NCBI GenBank assembly: GCA_036170655.1
Contig: JAVHPP010000084.1
Coordinates: 1 to 10,917, forward strand
From: Candidatus Zixiibacteriota bacterium
GTDB lineage: Bacteria > Zixibacteria > MSB-5A5 > WJJR01
Length of the DNA stretch: 10,917 nucleotides
Direction of reading: 5' to 3'
Position numbers and translations under genes: made by a program. Each line of letters opens with the position of its first letter. The first letter of the stretch is position 1. Below are positions 1-7,139 of this stretch, one piece after another. A model generated the notes under the pieces. The model searched no databases and had not been told where the DNA came from. It saw only the letters and a program-made list of their open reading frames with translations.

Positions 1-18
1 AGGCGCTATAGCACAAAG

Positions 19-107
19 CGGAGGCCAACCCACGGCAAGCCGTGGGGCACCGGGCTGTGAAGCGCGCGAGCGAACGGAGGCCAACCCACGGCAAGCCGTG
101 GGGCACC
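19..107. repeat. Two identical 33-bp direct repeats (19-51, 75-107) each containing a perfect palindrome; REP-like element
   Basis: CGGAGGCCAACCCACGGCAAGCCGTGGGGCACC occurs twice with a 56-bp period; the core CCCACGGC-AA-GCCGTGGG is a perfect inverted repeat; degenerate third copy at 2707-2735. Confidence 0.85.
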
Positions 108-146
108 CGGGCTTGATCCGTGCCCCAAATCATGCTCTGTTTTCTC

Positions 147-175
147 TTGTGCTGGGTACCGTGATTAGGTAAAAT
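147..175 (+). promoter_or_regulatory. Putative sigma70-type promoter of rpsA
   Basis: TTGTGC (147-152) - 17 nt - TAAAAT (170-175), 70 nt upstream of the rpsA start codon. Confidence 0.7.
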
Positions 176-180
176 GCAAA

Positions 181-245
181 GCTTTTCGCCTTTGGCGAAA
201 AGCCGCCCGCCGGGCGAATGTTAGCGTACCAGGAGGAATACCAGA
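181..245 (+). promoter_or_regulatory. Structured 5' leader of rpsA with Shine-Dalgarno
   Basis: Perfect 10-bp hairpin GCTTTTCGCC-TTT-GGCGAAAAGC (181-203), second hairpin CGCCC-GCC-GGGCG (204-216), AGGAGG at 231-236, 9 nt before GTG 246. Confidence 0.6.
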
Positions 246-2312
246 GTGAACCCCAACCCCAAACCCGCCACGGGTGATACTGTGCCCGCTGGCGAAAGCA
301 AGGGCAAGAAGACCAAATCCACGTCCAAGAAGGCTGCCGAGACGGTCGTCGTCACGACCAGCAAGAAACGCAAGATCACTGAAGTCAAGACCGTCGGTCT
401 TGCGCAGGACGTGGCCGTACGCCGGACCAAGTCGGTCAAGCGCGCCGAACGCGCTCCGGGTCTGACCACGTCTGCGGCCCCCGTAATGGGCTCCGAAATC
501 TATGCCCCGGACCTCGATGACGAAGAATACTCAAGCGCGGAGTACGAGAACATGCTGACGCTCTACAACGAGACCGTCGGCAATATCCGCGAGGGCGAGA
601 TCGCCAAGGGACGGGTCATGGCCGTGGGTCACGACGAAGTCGTGGTCGACGTCGGTTTCAAATCCGAGGGCCTGATTCCGATCAGCGAATTTGGCGAATC
701 GCCCACTGTCAAAGTGGGCGACGAGATCGAAGTCTTTCTCGATGCCGTGGAAGATCAGAATGGCCAGCTTCTGCTCTCCAAGCAGAAAGCAGATTTCATG
801 CGTGTGTGGGACCGGATCCGTGCGGCCCACGAACAGGGCGTTCTGGTCGAAGGACGGCTGGTCCGCCGCATCAAGGGCGGCATCGTGGTGGACCTGTTCG
901 GCGTCGAGGCGTTTCTCCCGGGCTCGCAGGTTGCGTTGCGCCAGGTGCCCGATTTTGACACGCTGATTGGCCAGACGCTTCCCATGAAAATCATCAAACT
1001 CAACAAGTCGCGCCGCAACATCGTGGTCTCGCGCCGCGCCGTCCTCGAAACGGAGCGCGATGAACTGCGCAACCACCTGCTGGCGGAAATCGCCATCGAC
1101 CAGATCCGCCGCGGCGCCGTGAAAAATATCACCGACTTTGGCGTATTTATCGACTTGGGCGGCGTCGACGGCCTCCTGCATATCACCGATATGTCATGGG
1201 GCCGCATTCGTCATCCATCGGAACTTGTGGCCGTGGGTGACGAGATCGATGTGAAAATCCTCGATTTCGACGTCAAGACCAACCGCATATCGTTGGGTCT
1301 GAAGCAGCTCACCCCGTATCCCTGGGACGATGTGGACCGCAAGTTTCCGATCGGCGCCCGGGTACAGGGGAAAGTCGTCTCGATCACCGATTATGGCGCC
1401 TTCGTCGAATTGGAACGGGGTGTCGAAGGCCTGGTTCACATCTCCGAGATGTCTTGGACCCACCATGTGCGGCATCCGTCGAAAATCATGCAGATCGGCG
1501 ACATGATCGAAGCGATGGTGTTGAATGTCGACAAAGAGCACCAGAAAATCTCGCTCGGCATCAAGCAATTGGAGCCCGATCCCTGGTCGACCGTCGAACA
1601 GAAGTTCCCCGTGGGCTCGCGCCACGAAGGACGCGTGCGCAACCTGACCGCGTTCGGCGCCTTCATCGAACTCGAAGAAGGCATTGACGGCCTCGTGCAC
1701 ATCTCCGATCTGTCGTGGACACGGCGCGTGCAGCATCCGTCGGAGGTCATGAAGAAGGGCGACAAGGTGCCCATCGTTGTGCTCCATGTCGATCCCGAGA
1801 ATCGCAAGATTTCCCTCGGACACAAGCAGGTCTTCGACGATCCCTGGCCGATGTATCACGAACGCTTCCGCGTCGGCAACGAAAAACAGGGTAAGGTCGT
1901 CCGCATGCTCGACCGGGGCGTGGTGGTCGATCTGGATGACGAGGTCGAGGGCTTCGTTCCGCTCAACCAGCTCGGCAAGAAAGATATCGAGAAACCAGAC
2001 CAGTCCTTCCATGTCGGCGAGATTCTCAACCTGCGTGTGATCGAATTCGATCCGACCAACCGGCGGATTGTTCTGTCGGTCGACGCCTACTACAAGGACA
2101 GGGACCGCACCGAACTGGAGGAATTCATCGCTGCGCATCCAATCGTCAAGACCACGATGGCCGATGCCGCTGGTGCCGAGAAGGTCATGGATGCCGGCGC
2201 CGATGATACGGCTGTTGCTTCGGTCAGCGAGTCGGCCGAAAGCGATACCGAGGACGCAACGGAAGCGCCCGGCCCGGCTACAGATGACGCAGTAGAGGAT
2301 GTCGACGCCTGA
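246..2312 (+). CDS. rpsA: 30S ribosomal protein S1 (bS1), 688 aa
   Basis: Six tandem S1/OB repeats with hallmark motifs (VDVGFKSEGLIP, AFLPGSQV, KNITDFGVFIDLGGVDGLLHITDMSWGR, DYGAFVELERGVEGLVHISEMSW, FGAFIELEEGIDGLVHISDLSW); GTG start with strong SD. Confidence 0.98.
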   Translation: MNPNPKPATGDTVPAGESKGKKTKSTSKKAAETVVVTTSKKRKITEVKTVGLAQDVAVRRTKSVKRAERAPGLTTSAAPVMGSEIYAPDLDDEEYSSAEYENMLTLYNETVGNIREGEIAKGRVMAVGHDEVVVDVGFKSEGLIPISEFGESPTVKVGDEIEVFLDAVEDQNGQLLLSKQKADFMRVWDRIRAAHEQGVLVEGRLVRRIKGGIVVDLFGVEAFLPGSQVALRQVPDFDTLIGQTLPMKIIKLNKSRRNIVVSRRAVLETERDELRNHLLAEIAIDQIRRGAVKNITDFGVFIDLGGVDGLLHITDMSWGRIRHPSELVAVGDEIDVKILDFDVKTNRISLGLKQLTPYPWDDVDRKFPIGARVQGKVVSITDYGAFVELERGVEGLVHISEMSWTHHVRHPSKIMQIGDMIEAMVLNVDKEHQKISLGIKQLEPDPWSTVEQKFPVGSRHEGRVRNLTAFGAFIELEEGIDGLVHISDLSWTRRVQHPSEVMKKGDKVPIVVLHVDPENRKISLGHKQVFDDPWPMYHERFRVGNEKQGKVVRMLDRGVVVDLDDEVEGFVPLNQLGKKDIEKPDQSFHVGEILNLRVIEFDPTNRRIVLSVDAYYKDRDRTELEEFIAAHPIVKTTMADAAGAEKVMDAGADDTAVASVSESAESDTEDATEAPGPATDDAVEDVDA

Positions 2313-2352
2313 GTTTCGGTACTCAGACGAACAACGTTCATTCGAACACATT

Positions 2353-2390
2353 CCGGGCCGCGGTGATAACACTGCGGCCCGGTTTTCGTT
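2353..2390 (+). terminator. Intrinsic terminator after rpsA
   Basis: 13-bp stem CCGGGCCGCGGTG / CACTGCGGCCCGG (one G-U), loop ATAA, followed by TTTTCGTT, 40 nt after the stop codon. Confidence 0.85.
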
Positions 2391-2619
2391 GATCCAGCGG
2401 CCAGATCATCGTTGCCGAGTGGCTATAGGGTGGTTCTCCGCCACCGCCATCGGGAGAATAGACATTTTCGGCAAAACCAGCCGACTCGCTACTCCTCAAA
2501 AAACGCACGAAATTGACGAAACCGGCCCAGAAACTTGGAACCCGACGTGGGATCGCTTGTTATAAGTCATGTGAGCACAAGGCGGGACATCGCCACCTCC
2601 TTGTCCTGCCGCTGCAATC

Positions 2620-2650
2620 TCCCCGCCCCGCGCTTGTCGTGGGGCGGGGA
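2620..2650. repeat. GC-rich inverted repeat (REP-like or second terminator)
   Basis: TCCCCGCCCCGCG-CTTGT-CGTGGGGCGGGGA, 13-bp stem with one G-U. Confidence 0.6.
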
Positions 2651-2706
2651 TCCCTCCTTTTGAATCCGCTTGGCTCCCCACATTTGCTGTGGATCGTTCC
2701 GAGTAT

Positions 2707-2735
2707 CCAACGGCAAGCCGTGTGGCGCCCCGGCT
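2707..2735. repeat. Degenerate copy of the 19-51/75-107 palindromic repeat
   Basis: CCAACGGCAAGCCGTGTGGCGCCCCGGCT vs CCCACGGCAAGCCGTGGGGCACCCGGGCT. Confidence 0.65.
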
Positions 2736-2739
2736 GTTA

Positions 2740-2760
2740 CGGAATCTCTTGGAGATTCCG
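2740..2760. repeat. Perfect inverted repeat
   Basis: CGGAATCTC-TTG-GAGATTCCG, 9-bp stem. Confidence 0.6.
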
Positions 2761-2785
2761 GACAGACACACGGCATGATTCCACC

Positions 2786-2917
2786 ATGAACATGCGATTT
2801 ATCGTCATCGTGCGCATCGAAGAGGCCACACGGCATGCGGCCTTCGGAGAGGAATATGCCAGCTATGTCTCACGCACACGCCGCTTCGTCCCTTTCTTGT
2901 TCCCCACTTTCCTGTAG
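2786..2917 (+). pseudogene. Probable C-terminal remnant of an isoprenylcysteine carboxyl methyltransferase (ICMT)/PEMT-family membrane methyltransferase
   Basis: 43-aa peptide MNMRFIVIVRIEEATRHAAFGEEYASYVSRTRRFVPFLFPTFL matches the family C-terminal signature EE-x(6)-FGEEY-x-x-Y-x(3)-T-x-RF-x-P; the upstream in-frame sequence shows none of the expected TM helices or RHPxY motif. Confidence 0.6.
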
Positions 2918-2968
2918 CAGAGTCCCTCATGGGCGCGGCATGGGCGGGACGCCCATGCTACTGGAAAG
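2907..2968. repeat. Nested palindromic GTAG-type REP-like element
   Basis: Inner palindrome GCATGGGCG-GGA-CGCCCATGC (2938-2958), read on the minus strand as GTAG+CATGGGCGTCCCGCCCATG; outer arms CTTTCCTGTAGCA (2907-2919) / TGCTACTGGAAAG (2956-2968) match 12/13. Confidence 0.6.
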
Positions 2969-3042
2969 GGATCCCCAGTGCCCACGATCGACGGGCACAA
3001 GGGCCTATGCTACACAATACATAAATTTCGAGTACTGCCGTT

Positions 3043-3648
3043 CTACCCTGTGATCGTCGAGCCCGCGATGTGCCCCATCCCAATAATGGCCGATGTCACC
3101 AGCCCAATCGCAACCCACACGACAATCGAGACGAGGATCACGACAATCAGGTAAGGGACCACTTTCTCCGGCGGCGTCTTCATCACCGGTGTGAGACCCA
3201 AGTACGCCAAGTACAACCCGTACAAGCCAACGAAGATGGTCAGGATGCCAAGGTAGGGGATCAAGTTGAGCACACCCGCCACCCAGACCGGCGCCTGAGA
3301 ATAGGCGACCAGTTTCAGCGCCTGCGTCAAGTCCCCGCTTGACTGAAAGTTCGGCGCCAGTTTCTCCACAATCAGCGCGGTCACCCAGACCCCGATCAGG
3401 GTGAGAATGTACCCCACGATCAGCGACGTGAGTAAAAGCCCGATTGCGGGACGATATGTGACGTTCAAGATTGGAATATGCTGTCCGAAGATCAGCAAGT
3501 TGATGAATGTGCAGATCGGCGCGATGGTCGCCAGCAGAACAATGAACCCGCTGTACAACGATCCGACCGTGGCGGTCTCGGCCGCAATGACCGGCCATTC
3601 TTCCTTGGGGCGAAGCGCAATGTTCGTCACCCGATTGACAAGATTCAT
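3043..3648 (-). CDS. Yip1 family membrane protein, 201 aa
   Basis: Typical bacterial Yip1 pattern (RVTNIALRPKEEWPVIAAE...LAPNF...QALKLVAYSQAPVWVAG...LYGLYLAYLGL..VMK.PPEK), ~5 TM helices; ATG 3648 preceded by AAGGAGGG (3660-3653), preferred to the ORF-track start at 3738. Confidence 0.9.
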   Translation of the reverse strand: MNLVNRVTNIALRPKEEWPVIAAETATVGSLYSGFIVLLATIAPICTFINLLIFGQHIPILNVTYRPAIGLLLTSLIVGYILTLIGVWVTALIVEKLAPNFQSSGDLTQALKLVAYSQAPVWVAGVLNLIPYLGILTIFVGLYGLYLAYLGLTPVMKTPPEKVVPYLIVVILVSIVVWVAIGLVTSAIIGMGHIAGSTITG

Positions 3649-3814
3649 CGAACCCTCCTTTCGATAAGATCCTCTGATTGTCTCATTCCGTGACGAAATG
3701 ACCCAGGACCCGAACGGCTTGTCAAGATTAATATGCAAAATCGGGACTCCTCTCCCCGGTTGGGGGGGAGTGCTGGGACGAGAGGAAAAAGTGGCGCCGG
3801 ATGATCCCGGCCCG

Positions 3815-4186
3815 TCACTGTCCGCGGAACTTGAGCCGGTCGCCGTATTCGGCGATCAGGTCTCTGCGGATCTCCTCGCCTTTCTTGCCGGCGGCGAGCT
3901 CGGCCTTGATCTTGTCTTTGATTCCGTGCGCCGTCGGGCAGTGGCAGTTGGCGAGCACGGCCTGCACAGTGTCGGTTCCCGGACAGCGGAATCCAGCTTC
4001 AATCCATGCGTCTTTGGCTTCGAGATCGTGAGGGCAGTAGAACTGGCCCGGCTGGGTGGCGGCTGTCAGCGCCGCCGTGGTAGGTTGGTTGTGCTGGCCA
4101 ATCCAATACCCGCCGATGAACCCCACCAGTAGCCCCACCAGCGCCATCAAGACAGCGTTGACCAGCGTGCTTTTCGATCCGTTCAT
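3815..4186 (-). CDS. Small membrane-anchored CcmH/CycL-like Cys-His protein, paralog 2 (123 aa)
   Basis: N-terminal TM helix, then FRCP...LANCHCPTAHGIKDKIKAELAAGKKGEEIRRDLIAEYG, resembling the CcmH helical bundle (LRCxxC...A..MR..I...L..G.S.EEI......YG). Start at ATG 4186 supported by TAAGGAGG 5 nt upstream. Confidence 0.75.
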   Translation of the reverse strand: MNGSKSTLVNAVLMALVGLLVGFIGGYWIGQHNQPTTAALTAATQPGQFYCPHDLEAKDAWIEAGFRCPGTDTVQAVLANCHCPTAHGIKDKIKAELAAGKKGEEIRRDLIAEYGDRLKFRGQ

Positions 4187-4216
4187 TTCAACCTCCTTAC
4201 GAGGGGACATTCGACT

Positions 4217-4573
4217 TCACGTTGTCTTGCGCAATTGCGCGCCATATTCCTTGATCAGTTCCTCACGAATCACGGAGCCGTCTTTTCCCAGTTGCAATTC
4301 TTCTTTGATCTTGGTCTTGATCTTGTGTGCTTCATCGCAGTGACACGTCAGGAGAGGATCCTGACAGGCGGGGGCCGGGCAGCTGAATCCTGCGATGATG
4401 TACTCGTCGGCAGCGGAGAGCTCAAAGGGACAGGGCGGCGCCACACCGGGTGCGGCCGTCACCGCGATCGGACCCTGCTGGCCGAACAGAAAACCGGCAA
4501 CGAAACCCACGAGCAGACCCGCCAGAATGATGAGAATAGGGCTGACACGCCCGGTTTTTTCCTTGTCACCCAT
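4217..4573 (-). CDS. Small membrane-anchored CcmH/CycL-like Cys-His protein, paralog 1 (118 aa)
   Basis: N-terminal TM helix, then CPFEL...AGFSCPAPACQDPLLTCHCDEAHKIKTKIKEELQLGKDGSVIREELIKEYG; aligns end to end with 3815-4186; SD AGGAGA; starts 4 nt after the upstream stop. Confidence 0.78.
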   Translation of the reverse strand: MGDKEKTGRVSPILIILAGLLVGFVAGFLFGQQGPIAVTAAPGVAPPCPFELSAADEYIIAGFSCPAPACQDPLLTCHCDEAHKIKTKIKEELQLGKDGSVIREELIKEYGAQLRKTT

Positions 4574-4577
4574 GTTC

Positions 4578-7139
4578 CTATTCTCCTGTGACCGGGTTGC
4601 CCTGTGACGCCTGACCGGCAGTCGTCTGTGGCCACGCCAAAGGGTCGTGCATATACGACATCAGACGGTACTCGAACTGGCTGATCGTATTTTGGATCGG
4701 ATTGGGTACCATGGCGGTATATCCCATCGTCTTTCGTTCGAAAAGATGTGAGTTGGCAAATGCAATCACCTGACCGGCGCTGGCCTTTTTCAGCGCGCAA
4801 CTGACGGAACCGTCTGGTATTGTCACCAACGGTTCGCCCCCGATGACACGCCCGCCGCCTTCCCACAGCGTGTTCTTGAGGTCATTTCCGATCCCTGCCT
4901 GCGGGGCGATCGGCCGCAGATCGAAAGACAGACCGAACTGCTGGAGCAACGGTCCGGAGGTTGAGATCCTGTTCGAAGGATCGTCGAAGATGTAGAGTGT
5001 GCCGCCGTGCTCCACGAAGTCTTTTAACCGCTGGAGCTCGTCTGGATCGAACGGAGTCACCGGATCAATGATGATCTGCCCGCCCGGTTGGTCCATGGCT
5101 TCCTCCAGTGTCGGGAACTTGCGCGGTACGACACCCACCCGCTGTGTCCAGAGAAAGAATGTGCTGAAATCTTTGTCTGGCTCGCGCGCCAGACGCAACT
5201 CGGGGATGAAGAAACGCGAGTGCTCACTCTCGAAATTCAGTTGCGCGAATGGCATGCGCGCCGTCGGCAAAGGGTAATTCTTCTGGTTGATCGCCTCAAA
5301 CAGCCGCGACGATCCGGCAAATGTCAGGAGCGAAACCGCCGCCAGCCAGACCCACCCTTCGAGGCCAAACCCCGTGGCCGACACCATCGCGACCAGTAGC
5401 GCGATCGTGCCAAACAGCAACGTGAGCATGCGCCAGTAGGGAAAGCTTTCCTTCCGGTTCACATACTCGGCCAGCCCCAGTGCCAGCTCCGGCTTGCCGG
5501 GGACAAACATGAAGAAATTCGACCACAACGTCGAGTCACCAAAGGACACGACACGGCCCTTGCCGCAACGGACCGACAACGACAGTGAAAAGATGCCGAA
5601 CCGATAAGATGTTTGCCCCGACCGTTCCGGGAAGAAGTTGCGCTGTGTATAGTCGGCCGGCAGGGTCTTGATGTCCTTTTCCGTGATAATTGATCGTGCC
5701 GACAAATCGCCGTACATGCTGCATGGCCCGCCAAATAGGAAGTCAGCCGGCATGTTTTGCGCGACCGGGTGCGGCATCAGGCCGGGCTTCCGATGCAGAT
5801 TGAGGTCGCCCGTTTTCAGTTCATAGACAATGTCGGCAATGTAGCGAATGCCAAATCGTGTGGCGATGGGGTTGAGAAATGTTGCGTATCCGAAAACGTT
5901 GGTATGTTCGCCGATGAGAATCAATCCCCCGCCGTTCTGAACGTAATCATACACGGCATCGACTTCCTTCGGTGTGTACGGCGACGTGGGCACCTTTAAG
6001 ACGAGGATGTCGTACTTCGACAGCAGGGCCGGTGTGAGTGTGTCGTGCCCGCGATCCATCTGGTAAAACTTATTCCAGTACTCGGCAAGACAGTAGAAGT
6101 TGTACGTGGATTGCTGACCGTACCAGACCGTGTCAAACGGCATTTCCGTCCACTCCCAATCGGAGTGGAACTCGTCGATCAGCATGCGTCCGGCCTTTCG
6201 TTCGCCCGCCGGGTGGTATCCTTCGTACGCGGTCCACGCATATATGCCGAGCGCAGCCGCAACAATGGTTACAGCCAGCCGGCGCAATGGCGCGCGCCGC
6301 TGCAAAATCGCCGGGTCCTCCGGCTTCAAGGGGATCGTCCCGGGCGTGCGGACAGAATGGGTCAGACCTTGGAGAAAGATGCCAACTGGCCAGACCGTCC
6401 ACGCGAAAAGCGATGGATCCCAATATGTGGCGGCAAATCCGTTCTGGTGATAGTCCCAGAGCAGAACGGCCGCATAACGGGCAAACGCGAAAAGGGCAAC
6501 GATCAGTCCGCCCGTGAACACCGAACGAGCCCTGAGCTTGCCGGTCACCGCCAGCGCAATCAATCCCATGAAGATTTGCGTGAAGACCAGGAGCCCCATG
6601 TTGTTCAGGGTCGGAACCGAGTGATACAGACGATCCGTGGCGAACAGGTGGATACCGTCAGCCAACCCGGCGGCGTTGATGCCGAAAAGCCGGAATGCGG
6701 CGCTGAGGATTGCCGTGGGGACCGCCGTGCCGTGCCCCCGTGGACCGAGGTAGACAAAGTACAGATATGCTCCGACCACCTGCATCAGCCCGATTGTTCC
6801 CGCAACAAGAAGGCCGTCTCCCAACCCATGGCCAGTCCGCGTCTTTCCGGCCACCACCATCACAATCGCCGCTATGCCGATCAGAATCGTCGCAGAATAT
6901 GGGATGTCCGCATTCGCGAAGAAGCCGAAGAGGACGAGCGCAACGGCGGGAATGAGTGCACGCCACGGCCATCGTCTCGGCGTGTCATGCTGAGAGCCAG
7001 CCCACCCTGCCACCAGGATCACGAGTGTGCCAATACCAGCCAACCAGAGGAACTTCGTCGGCAATGCGTCGGGATTGGGCCAGAGAAACAGCCAGCCGAT
7101 CGACCAGCAAACCATGCCCCAGATGTACAGACGTTTCAT
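4578..7139 (-). CDS. Large polytopic membrane protein with two DUF4350/GIFT-like (class I glutamine amidotransferase-like fold) domains, 853 aa
   Basis: Long ORF; ~300-aa hydrophobic N-terminus; domain 1 (MLIDEFH...LTPALLSKYDILVL..P..PYTPKEVDAVYDYVQNGGGLILIGEH...GKGRVVSFGDS), TM hairpin, domain 2 (PFDPDELQRLKDFVEHGGTLYIF...GQVIAFANSHLF); ATGA overlap with the upstream gene. CDS is secure, the product is a by-eye call. Confidence 0.8.
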   Translation of the reverse strand: MKRLYIWGMVCWSIGWLFLWPNPDALPTKFLWLAGIGTLVILVAGWAGSQHDTPRRWPWRALIPAVALVLFGFFANADIPYSATILIGIAAIVMVVAGKTRTGHGLGDGLLVAGTIGLMQVVGAYLYFVYLGPRGHGTAVPTAILSAAFRLFGINAAGLADGIHLFATDRLYHSVPTLNNMGLLVFTQIFMGLIALAVTGKLRARSVFTGGLIVALFAFARYAAVLLWDYHQNGFAATYWDPSLFAWTVWPVGIFLQGLTHSVRTPGTIPLKPEDPAILQRRAPLRRLAVTIVAAALGIYAWTAYEGYHPAGERKAGRMLIDEFHSDWEWTEMPFDTVWYGQQSTYNFYCLAEYWNKFYQMDRGHDTLTPALLSKYDILVLKVPTSPYTPKEVDAVYDYVQNGGGLILIGEHTNVFGYATFLNPIATRFGIRYIADIVYELKTGDLNLHRKPGLMPHPVAQNMPADFLFGGPCSMYGDLSARSIITEKDIKTLPADYTQRNFFPERSGQTSYRFGIFSLSLSVRCGKGRVVSFGDSTLWSNFFMFVPGKPELALGLAEYVNRKESFPYWRMLTLLFGTIALLVAMVSATGFGLEGWVWLAAVSLLTFAGSSRLFEAINQKNYPLPTARMPFAQLNFESEHSRFFIPELRLAREPDKDFSTFFLWTQRVGVVPRKFPTLEEAMDQPGGQIIIDPVTPFDPDELQRLKDFVEHGGTLYIFDDPSNRISTSGPLLQQFGLSFDLRPIAPQAGIGNDLKNTLWEGGGRVIGGEPLVTIPDGSVSCALKKASAGQVIAFANSHLFERKTMGYTAMVPNPIQNTISQFEYRLMSYMHDPLAWPQTTAGQASQGNPVTGE

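Noticed and set aside
19..107. CRISPR array
   Set aside because: Only two repeats, a short 23-nt spacer, no typical GAAA(C/G) repeat end, no cas genes in the window, and a dispersed degenerate copy elsewhere; REP-like is more parsimonious, though upstream sequence is unseen.
1194..2372. 392-aa antisense ORF (and 531-1181) opposite rpsA
   Set aside because: Shadow ORFs expected from GC-rich codon bias on the reverse strand of a highly conserved gene; no recognisable motifs.
2513..2917. Full 134-aa ORF as a real gene
   Set aside because: The first ~90 codons run through palindromic repeats and look non-coding; only the last ~40 aa resemble a protein family.
3696..3725. Promoter for yip1 (TTGACA on the minus strand at 3725-3720)
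   Set aside because: Perfect -35 but no convincing -10 hexamer at 16-18 nt spacing.
3746..3771. Terminator between the operon and yip1
   Set aside because: The hairpin is imperfect and is not directly followed by a U-tract; cannot decide whether yip1 is co-transcribed.
3815..4573. c-type cytochromes or a cytochrome c maturation (ccm) operon
   Set aside because: No CxxCH motif (spacings are CHC and CxxxxC) and no ccmA-G genes in the window, so no gene symbol was assigned.
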